DNA from: Cirrosporium novae-zelandiae
Taxonomy: Eukaryota
Assembly (NCBI GenBank): GCA_026023565.1
Contig: JAPETS010000006.1
Span: forward strand, 310,001-374,000
Reading direction: 5' to 3'
DNA: 64,000 nt
The translations under genes and the position numbers were made by a program. This document shows positions 52,338 through 64,000 of the stretch, one piece after another. Numbering within the stretch: position 1 is the stretch's first letter; the number at the start of each line of letters is the position of its first letter. The notes under the pieces were generated by a model. It ran no database searches. It was not told the DNA's origin and worked only from the letters and a program-made list of their open reading frames with translations.

Positions 52338-52889
52338 ATTTATACAGGAAGTCTTTGTATGATGGTGATCTAACAAGGAGTTGCAAAAGAGTCGCGAAAG
52401 ACTTAACGGATGAAGCTGTTGTCAAGTAGGGCGGGGGACTGTGGCAGGCGGTCAAAAGGTATAGGTAATTAGGAATTTTCTTATATTTATTAGGCTATCG
52501 TAATATGACTTCAACAGGGGAGAGGAGTGAGGATGTTATAATCCTCATATTGCGATGATTGGTGGTTAGGAATGGATGGTGGTTAGGAATGGATAGTGAT
52601 TGCCTAGGTGCCTAGGTAGGTGCCTTAAAGTATTGCTGTCGGCCAAGTATTGCTGCGCCCCCGATAAAGCGAAGTTGGTGCTACCTTATTAGATAAGTTC
52701 CAGGGTGCTTTTCAGTAGAAAGAGGGAAGTACTGTACTGTACCTACAGTAGGGCCTAGTACCTTATACCTTGGCCCCAAGGCCCCCGGAGAGAAAAGAAG
52801 CCTCGGCACAAAAATGATGGAATCGCATGCTTCGTAAGCAATAAAGCATCAAAGTTCGCTTGTCAATTAAAAGTAAATCAGCCAGAATG

Positions 52890-52904
52890 TCCATCAAGGT
52901 GCCA
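52890..52904 (+). promoter_or_regulatory. Putative zinc-response element (CAAGGT core) upstream of the ZafA-like gene
   Basis: tccatCAAGGTgcca matches the Aspergillus ZafA consensus as I recall it (DYYVYCARGGTVYYY) at 14 of 15 positions. Confidence 0.4.
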
Positions 52905-53143
52905 TCTTCTCGTCTTACACTCAAAATTCATTCACCCCCCCACCACTAATCATAAAAATTAATATCCTTTTATACAAATCTATACATATTTTGGTCCTTT
53001 AATTGATGCATACTGCTTTCGGTTAAAAGAGAAGAAGAATAAAAGAAAAGAAAAGAAAAGAAAAGAAAAAAAGAAGATACAAATCTACAATCGCAGTATT
53101 CTACCAATCAGTGGGTGGAAGCTCGCACAAGAAGAACCACAGC

Positions 53144-53826
53144 ATGGATCACATCCGGGCACCATCATTGACCTTGAAAAATAGTCAAATCAACCATCAG
53201 TCTCAACCTCATCCTCTAACTTCTGAGGATTTGGCTGGACATCAACAGCAACAGCAGTACCTTGCAAGTACATCTAAAGATTGTATACTTTATACCGAAT
53301 GTTGTGGGTGGCAACCCGCGGATTACTCTGCCCAGTGTCATGACGGTGATCAATGCGCTTTGAATGGCGAGTGCTGCGATGCTCCAGACTGCCTCGCTGA
53401 AGTTCCCTCTGTATGTGATGGGTTCGTGGATTGTGATGATTCCAATGAATGCACCAACGCGGGCTGCAATAGTCCTTGCTGTAGAGACTCAGCACCACCA
53501 TGTTTTGATGAGGCCTGCCTTGAACATGTGCAAGGCAACAACATGCCTCACAATGGTCGCTTCGACTTTTCTTATGCTCCGTTTCATTTCATGGGAACAG
53601 TACAACCTAATACCTTCAATTTTTCCAACCTCACCAGCGCTACTTTTTGCCCATACGGAACATCCAACTATTTTCCAGCGCATCCTACTCAAATGCTCAC
53701 CTCAAACCACAACGGCTACCTTTCATCAAGCGTTTCTGCACCCTCGATAGCCAGCTCAGCAAATACTCCTACTCTTTCAATTGAATCTCCACGGAAAAGG
53801 AGGAGACTCAATAATGGTGGATTGAT

Positions 53827-53857
<31 letters not shown>

Positions 53858-55288
53858 AATAGCTCTTTTGGAGGATTGGGTGCATCTTCTGACTCCGTAA
53901 CAGTTGGAACACCAGTCGAAGAATTCATTGCACAATGTCAATGGATGAACAATGGTGCTCCATGCGATCAGAAGCTATCAAACTTTCCAGAGCTCGAAGA
54001 ACATATCTTCCAAACACACATTGATCCTCAGGCTCTGCAGGTTTGCGAATGGCAAGGTTGTAATGACCAGTTCAATCTCCTCGACCCGTCTGATCACCTT
54101 TATGCAAAGCATCGCCTTGAATTATCTGGATCTGCTGACCTGTCTTGCCAGTGGGCTGGGGAAGGAGGATGTTCAGCTCAATTTAACTATACTCAGGATC
54201 TATTCAGTCATATTCAAGAAGCACATATTCCACAGCTTCAATGTCAATGGGATGACTGTGGGCTTGTACTGAACAGCCTTGAAAATGCGAAAAATCATGT
54301 TGTTAACGAGCATCTTCCAAATCAGAACAGCGCCCGTTCGCTATCATCAGGCGCATCATCCCAACCGGGCGTACAAAAGGAGGGACCTCCGAAGTCGTAT
54401 ACATGTAGCTGGATAGTCCATAAGTCAAGTGAAGGGATTGATGGTCCTTGTGGCCAGAGCTTTGATGATGCCGAGGCTCTCCATAACCATGCTTCCGAAA
54501 AACACATTAAACATCTAGAGCCTATTCCATATGATGACAACGAGAAGAAAGGGTTTGTTTGCTACTGGGAAGGATGTTCCCGTTATGCATGTCAGCCGTT
54601 TGCATCTCGACACAAGCTTGAGCGTCATGTGCTTTCGCATACAGAATGTGAGCATAACTCACTCTCTCTAGTTCTTCCATACTTAACACAGATTCTAACT
54701 ATGCCCAAGACAAACACTACATTTGTGATCAATGTGGGAAGGCTTTTCCAATAAAAGCATCACTAGTTCAGCATTTGCGAATACACACTGGAGAAAAACC
54801 ATTCAAGTGTGATATTTGCCATAAGAACTTTACACAAAGCACATCTTTAAGTATGTAATATGGATTCCCCAAATATTCGCATCCTTTACTAATCATTCTT
54901 ACTAGCCATGCATAAGAGATCACATACTGGCGAGAAACCCTTGAAATGCGATTTCCCGGGATGTGGACAATGCTTCACAGAGGTAAGCGTAGATTAGATA
55001 ATTTACGAATCTGCATTCAGTATCTGTTAACACAACTTCACAGTCTTCCAATCTTTCAAAACATAAGCGTAGTAAGTGTCCATTCGTTGAACCTGGACTT
55101 AACTAGAAGCTAACTTCACACCAGAGCATGACAAAGTTAAAAAGTATCAATGTCCAGGCTGTGGGAAACGTCATGCACGACCAGGTTTGTTTTCGTGCTT
55201 TTTTTCTTGCTTGTATAGTGCAATATGCTAATGTTTTCCTGAAGATGGACTCAAGAGGCATCTTCCAACGTGTCCTGCCCGAAAGTAG
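53144..55288 (+). CDS. zafA: Zinc-responsive C2H2 transcription factor, ZafA/Zap1-like; 6 exons
   Basis: Cys/acidic N-terminus ([10 protein letters not shown]), six CxW-type fingers, then spliced fingers ..[33 protein letters not shown] and a final C2HC finger. Confidence 0.75.
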
Positions 55289-55822
55289 GCTACATCATAG
55301 CTCAAAAACCCATACATGATACCATAGGCCGGATGTTGTGTACGATGTGATACATCCTTCTTTCCATTATCTATGAAGAATACCCCCTAGCATAGTAGGT
55401 ATTCATGAGCATCTAAAAAATAAAAACATACCAAAATTATCTGTTTCTCTCCAAAGTATAATCTCATATTACAGACGCCAAAAAAAGACAACTTTTTCAT
55501 AACCGTAGTGTTTCACAATAATAATAAAATCCAGATATATACAATACAGGTAGCGCATTTCAAATCGTTGGGTAGGTCTTTCTTGCTCCAACCGCTGGTA
55601 ATGTTGCCTGGTGAGATGAAAAACGTTAAGGAATAGAAATGCCCACCACGGTTTGCGAAATCCGAGCTGCCCCTTTTTGCATGGTTATACGGAGCAAAGT
55701 CCGATAGTAAGCAATAAATAACACTATTATAGAAGGCAATCCAAAAGGTCAGAAGGCGCATAAAGAACCAGGTATTTAGAGTCCCAGCCAGCCAGCATGG
55801 TTTATTTAGCATTCGAGGAATG

Positions 55823-57087
55823 CTATGGGCCCCCCGAGTAGCATCCGTCCTCCAGCCTCTCGATTTCCTTTGCATTTCTGTACCATGGGACCGGACCTGA
55901 AAGCGGCAGCATTGGTTGAGGAAGATCATCCGCCATCGAAGGACTCACGGCATAGTTGGGGGAGTTTCGGACAATAGCTTCGGCCAGCTTCGCCTCCATC
56001 AGGTTCGCCAGCGTAAGTTCTTTTTCCTGCCATGTTTTCTTGTGTTGGGTCTCCAAGACCGAGACCTGGAATTTTAACGCCGTGTTGTCTTCTTCGGCCC
56101 AGTGGATCTGGCGGCGAAGGATCCTAAAGAGCTCGTTTGGCGCTAGCTGTAGCTCATCCTCTGTGAATTGGGTGTCGGTGGGATATTCCCAGAGAGGGAG
56201 AACGTGACCTTCAGCATCCATGTCTGTTTCGTCGGCGATTGTGGCATCGTCGTCCTCATTGCCGTCGCCGTCGGAGGCTCCGTTTATGCCTCTGCCGTTG
56301 GCTGTATTGGCTTGGTCTTTGTCTTTGTTTGTACAAATAAGCTTGAGGCGCTGGGTTTTGGGGGGGGGTGCGTTTGCGGAAGAGTGATGTTTGGGAACAG
56401 GATCTGAAGGACGCAAAGCTTCGGTTTCGTGAACGGTGCGCATATGCTTTGCTAGGGCATCAGAACGGGTGAAGGACCGGTCGCACTCTATTAAAGGGAA
56501 TATAGTTAGTTCGGCTGGTATTTTATTTCGAAGGAGGCGAGGAGGATAGAGATGTATATACCAGGTAGAGCGCAATAGAAAGGCTTCTCCCTTGTATGAC
56601 TTCGCATATGAGCTCTCAAGGCATAACCACTGGCATGGGGCATTCCCTTGCGAATACAGTCTTCCCATTCGCATGAGTATTTCTTCTGTCTCATGCCAAT
56701 ATGCTGGTCGTGTATATGTTGAACCAATTCATCCATATTCCCTAGATCACCGGCCTTACAGCCATCCCACCGACATATTGTGACCTGCTCTTGGCCAGTT
56801 CCCTCATCATCGGCGAGACCTAAAATCCCGCTATCCCAAGCAGCGGAGGGTACATCGCCAGAAGTATCAGAAGATATGTCGGAGAAGTCCTCCATAGATT
56901 GATGCGAAACTGAAGTACGATTATCCCAAGCTGTATCGGTACGGCGTCGCTTCGAAGGACGGTCGCTGGCGGCATCACCAGGGCGAGGGGAATCTATTGT
57001 CGCATCCATATCATCGAATTTCATGTCCTCTGTAAACTCCTCGGATGCGATGGAGGACAGAGGAGATCCTTCTGGAGAATCTGCCAT
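55823..57087 (-). CDS. C2H2 zinc-finger protein, INO80 subunit Iec1-like; 2 exons
   Basis: [74 protein letters not shown], coiled coil LRRQIHWAEE..WQEKEL. Confidence 0.8.
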
Positions 57088-57719
57088 TTTGACGGGAAGT
57101 GTTAAGGGCTGTGTGACAAAGGGAATTTCAGTGGAGTGAATAAAAGGGTGTAATTGTAATTATGTCGTGTACGAAACTACCGGTTTGGATCATCTAAGCT
57201 TGACCTGGGGGCGGCGAAACCTGAGGCTACGAACTACTTTCCATGTTGCTGCTTAACACGCTTGAATGAATACAATTAAAGTTCCAATGCCAGATTGTGG
57301 CGCTGGTTGCTGTGGTCAAGCCACACACACACATACACACAAAGAGAGGAAGAGGACGAAAGGAACGGGAACAAATGCTAGCAGGATGTTTGCAAGAATG
57401 TTTGCAAGGGTGTTTGCAAGGTTTGATTGTGATCAAGGAACGCAGGCATTACAGGCATACACAAGTCCAATCAATACACCTTGTTCTATCCTTCAAGAGA
57501 AGAAAAAAAAAAGCGCCCCGCCATTGAACCTTCAGAAAAGATCCTACCCCCCAACGGAGAGTGCAAATTCCGGCTTCATCCTCAATCCTTCAATCCTTCA
57601 CCTCTATTTCTTATTCTCTTCCTTCCTCTCTCAACAATTCCATCTTCTTTTTCAACTGTTTCTCCCTTTACCTCTACACCAATTCCCTATACCCAAATCA
57701 CCTCAGCAAAGTCATCAAG

Positions 57720-59316
<1,597 letters not shown>

Positions 59317-60516
59317 ACGATTATTAACTCCGTCTGCCTTCTGAGCCGCGCATAATGAATGCATGGTAATAGATTTCAACATGAGCTATGACATTGATGA
59401 TATCCCCAAAAGTACATTGTCCTTCAACAACGGCATTTTTCTTTTTTTCCTTTACTTTTGGGCTCAATCTAGAGATTTGAGAAATTTGGAAAGTGATTAT
59501 GGGAATCACAGCGGCGGCGTTGTATACAACGGGGGGCACTTCAACAATGTTCATGACCGATACTTGTATATATCAGGCTGCCTTTTCACCTCGCATTAGG
59601 TGGGTTTTCTACGTGGCTATCTTCAGCTACTTGGATTAGTCGAATCGATTTGGATTCGAACTAGATGGCTCTCAACATGCCATCTTGAACAATAAAATGC
59701 ATATTAAACGTAATAGTCATCTTGTGGGGTCAGTATATACACATATCGGGCTTCGACGAACCGTAAAATAGGCTACACTACTTCAAATGTAGATTTCCTT
59801 ATGCATAGATATAACCCCATTTAGGGTGGAGGTACCAACCGTGCCACATACCGTTTATGGAATACCGTAAAGGAGTCTGCACTTTATCAATGTGGGAACG
59901 GGATACCACATTATCTATGTTGGAAGATATTCATCTCAACTCTAGGTCGATTGCGTTACACACAACGAGGCACGCGGGAGGTACTTTGATATGAAGAATT
60001 CTGCCACCCGAATGTCAGAAATTAGAAGCTTCCCGGTGTTAAGAGAGAAACCTTCCGAACGAATCGATAGAACTTTCCCCGGTGTTAAGCAAACTTCCGA
60101 ACCGGTCAACTAACCAAGACTCGCTCCAGTGTCTCTTTCATGCAACCTTAAGATAAAAATCTATGACGCATTTGTTAATATGAACATGCAATAAGGTAAT
60201 TTTGTATTAATGCTGTCAGTCTTTAGTGCCACGGTAGCCGTCAACACAGCCAATATCGGAAATATAACCTTTTAAGCCCGGTTACGAGTAAATGTAACTT
60301 CCTGAGTAACTGAGACACAGAAACATCTAGTTCTCGTTTGCGGGGAACGTGACCGTAAGTTCGATCCAGCAAGGGATATATAAGAAGAGGTTGAACCGTC
60401 CATGTTTGCTATTCTAATTGATTAACAAGATACGAAATATCATTTCAAGTGAAGGAATAAACACCGTCTTTTACATTTGCGAATCGAAATACGTGAACAA
60501 CTCAACGAACATTAAC

Positions 60517-61606
60517 ATGCCTACTCTTGCCGGAAAAGAAATTGGTGACTACGGTTTTGGCCTTATGGGTTTGTTTTCCAATCTTTCCTTCCAAGATAAA
60601 AAAAAACTTGTCATAAGCATGCAACATAGGCTGCCTTTAGCAATGGTTCTAACTCATCTTATCAGGCTTGACATGGCGTCCACAGCCACCTCCCAAGGAG
60701 CAAGCGTTCCAAGCCATGCGGACAGCTCTTGCCCACGGTGCTAATCTCTGGAATGGTGGTGAATTCTACCAGGGCTCCAACGGCAATTCGCTCACGCTCT
60801 TAACTGAATATTTCACCAAATATCCCGAGGATGCCGATAAGGTGGTGATCTGCATCAAGGGCGGGGCTCCGCCAGGATCCTTGGTACCTGATGGATCTGA
60901 GGCAAATGCTCGACGTTCCGTCGAGGATTGTCTCAAACAACTGAAGGGAACAAAAACCATGAACATTTTTGAATATGCAAGAGTAGATCCAAACGTCCCA
61001 ATCGAAGAAACAATTGGATATTTGAAGAAGCTAGTTGATGAAGGAAAGATTGAAGCCATCAGTTTGAGTGAAGTCAAGGCCTCAACCATTGAAAAAGCTG
61101 CCAAGGTCGCTCCGATATGTGCAGTTGAGGCCGAGTTTAGTCTTTGGAGCACCGATATCTTGACCAACGGTGTTGCAGCTACATGTGCAAAGTTGGGTAT
61201 CCCAATTGTTGCATACTCTCCACTGGGAAGGGGCTTCCTCACAGGGCAAATTAAGTCCCCGGACGATATTCCAGAGGGGGACTTCCGGAAGTCTATACCC
61301 AGATTTCAACCAGAGGCCTTTGACAAGAATTTGGCGCTTGTGGAAGAAATAGAAAAATTGGCCAAAAAGAAGGGATGCAGACCGTCGCAGTTGAGCCTTG
61401 CCTGGGTGAAGCAGACGGGCGAAAAGCCAGGCATGCCAACTATCATCCCAATTCCAGGTGCCACCACAGAAGCCAGGGTCACAGAGAATTTTACCAAGGT
61501 AAGGCTAATGGAAGAAGAAATGAAAGAAATTGATGAACTGCTGGCAAAGGTGCCCGTGACGGGAAATAGGTATGGTGTAGAGGGGTCAAAGCTTTTGGAG
61601 CAGTGA
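60517..61606 (+). CDS. Aldo-keto reductase, pyridoxal reductase-like (AKR8/AKR13 group); 2 exons
   Basis: GFGLMG-LTWRP, WNGGEFY, YPEDADKVVICIKG, FEYARVDPNVP, LSEV, VAYSPLGRGFLTG, IPIPGAT; TATA-like TATATAA near 60376. Confidence 0.9.
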
Positions 61607-64000
61607 AAGGTCGGGCGAAATTATACAGGAATAACGGTGCGGGTGATCTCTTCGAGGGTTAGATTAGGACAGTTAGAGAACCTAGTAATGTCCCTTGAAG
61701 GAGAAAATTTGACATGTGTGAAATTATTCTTATTAGCTTGCTCAATCTGATTGTTTTTTTTAACTGAGTACATTTTATTCATGAATTTTGGCCAATAATC
61801 ATTCCAATATTCCTGGATCCAAAAACACTGGTACAAGGAGGCCACCAACACAGCGTCCTTCCAATTATAGTCCCAGAACATGTTTATTCATACCGAGGTT
61901 CAGCGATGCGAAGGGCTAAATCCCCAACTTTTAATACTATTAGCATCAAAACTTGACAAAGGAATGAAGTAAAAAATAGATAATAGATAGTAAAGGTCAG
62001 ATCAAGTGTAGAATAAGTCGGCATTCAGCTTCGAAGCAAATACAAAGCTGTCCGCATTGCAGAATTCTTATTTAGATTCATCATGTAAGTATGCACAAGA
62101 CATACTCCACATCAACAAAGGAAGAGAAGGAGCTTACATTTATACTCGATCTACTTGAGATCTCAAGGTAAGTAGACATCAGCAATATGAAAATATAGGT
62201 TGGAAGGTCCCCTAGAGATGATATTTGAACGGTCCCTAAGGTTTGCGAGATCCACACGATGGACAAAACTAGTACAAACGTAAGCAATATATTGGCAGAT
62301 TGGAGAAGCCATTGTCTCTTGGCAAAATATCCATTACAATCGATAGAAATTGCTAGAGGTATAGTTGTTTCATAATACAAGAGTTGAATTCTTTTTGGTT
62401 CTGGTGTTGGTTACGCGTTAACTAGAGTCAAGTAAGAGTTTTTTTTTTTTGCTTTTCGTTCAGTTGGCGAAACTTTCCGGAGGGCGACTCTACCCTTAAG
62501 AGCCCGAGGCGTCCACGGCGGTTGCTGGTCTAAAGCCGGGGGCTCCCGCATTAAAACATCGAGGAAGTATATCTTATCAAGTCCAATCCACTTATGCTTG
62601 CTCTAAACATTTCCCTAAGATTAACTTGAGAGTTTTTTTTTTTTTAAAAAAAGAACAGAGGTCAGTTGATGTTATTTGAAGTTGTTAGCCGGTAATGTTT
62701 CCTATTTCTGAAAAGAAAAATTGGCTATTTATTTTATTTTATTTTATTTTAGGCTACCTGTCGCAGAAATCCAAGGGTGGAACAATAGTGACCCAACGTT
62801 CCTGCAGCGGAACCACTTTCTTGAAATCTTCTAAAAGTTATAAGGTTCTGGGGCGCTGGTTGAAGTGGTAGGCGCCTTGAAAGCCAGAATATCTAGGTTT
62901 CATCTCCAGGATCCCATGATCTTCAGGTCAAAAGAAAGAGACGGCCTCACAGTGGTCCGTCGGACATTAATGCCAGATTAGACAAGATCTGAGAGCTATA
63001 CAAAGCAGGCGAATCAAGCACATCACAAGCATGTCGATATTTTCCCCCACCGACTTTCCACAAATTACCAGACTTAAAAAGTAGCAGGACTGGCAAGACC
63101 AGCAGAGCCAATCTACAAGTTGTGGATGGATAGTTCATGAAGCTTCAAAGTTGAAGGGAGCTGGGACCAAGTGCCAAGGACTTAAGGTGACCAAGCAGCA
63201 AGTAAGAAAGACCAGAAGGTGAAGCACGAAATCTGCCGCAAAGACCGATGTGGGGATCCACTAATTAATTGTTACAGTAGTGGTTGGGGTGGTGTGTGGT
63301 GGTGTGGTTGTGGCTACCTGCACTAACCTGCACAAATCTACAGTACCTGCACAAATGCTTCTTTTACTTGGTACTAAATGCCTAAGGTATTACCTAGGTA
63401 CTTGACTTAGTAACTAACACTCTTCCAAAGAAGGAGGCTTGCCCTGACTTTTGAGTCTTATTTCTTTATAAGCCAATTATAACCTCTCGTCTCAACTAAA
63501 ATTGGAACCCCCTCCCCCAAAGACCCATGGACCCCTCCCTCCCAAAATCCCCTTTGTTAACTACCTAGGTAACTTAGAGGTACCTAGGTCTTAACTAATA
63601 GGTACCTAGGTAATTACTGAACTTCAATGAAACTGCAATCAACAAGAATGGAATTACTAGAAGGAAAACTAACCTACTAACCTGGTGGTTATCAGGCAAA
63701 GCCAGACATGCACCCAAAACAAGGGCCAACAAGGGCCAACCTAGCATACTAGCATTCCTAAACTATCCCCTTTAGATTCTTGTGTCCATGCTGCCATATT
63801 TGCAATTTTGACCGCTCTCCCACCTAGCTGACTCTCTATTGGTTGATTTTCCTTCTTCTGAGCTCCAGACCTCGCCGCGCTAATCTCATATTCCCCTTTC
63901 TCTATCAAACCTCCATCTACTCGATATTGTGCCACTCGTCAAGTGCAATGATCTTGTCCGAACCGAGCCAAGATCCCCAAACTACCTGAGGGGTCACTAT

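Noticed and set aside
60358..60368. B-box-like GTTCGATCC suggesting a tRNA
   Set aside because: No cloverleaf stems or A box at the expected spacing
61999..62011. AGATCAAGTGTAG match to U2 snRNA
   Set aside because: Flanks do not continue the U2 sequence and there is no Sm site or stem pattern; chance 13-mer
61620..64000. Telomerase RNA as the explanation for the long structured non-coding region
   Set aside because: No TAACCCTAA-type template found on either strand, and no convincing P6.1 loop or pseudoknot

Overview
Gene-dense, intron-containing eukaryotic DNA with fungal splice signals (GTRNGY donors, CTRAC branch points, short introns) and gene content typical of a filamentous ascomycete (Pezizomycotina). 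I can support 19 apparently intact protein-coding genes: RSC7/NPL6, a Myb-like protein, EMP24, PPN1, TIM54, NAT1, MIX23/CID2, a PI-PLC, DNA2, a mitochondrial 2-oxodicarboxylate carrier, an ankyrin protein, a very large Trp-Gly/Lys/Pro-Glu-repeat protein, a mitochondrial HMG-box protein, PRP5, an SVIP-like protein, a ZafA/Zap1-like zinc-finger factor, an Iec1-like zinc-finger protein, SAH1 and an aldo-keto reductase. One accessory island (about 20.6-25.4 kb) holds a deleted Tc1/mariner transposase and a decayed multidomain gene (Zn finger, P-loop NTPase, RING-like, patatin) with RIP-like stop codons. The best non-coding leads are a hairpin-H-hairpin-ACA (H/ACA snoRNA-like) element at 8046-8185 (-) and hairpin-rich, ORF-free DNA at 62.45-62.95 kb. 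Exon boundaries were read by eye, family calls come from motif recognition, and no database search or folding program was run.
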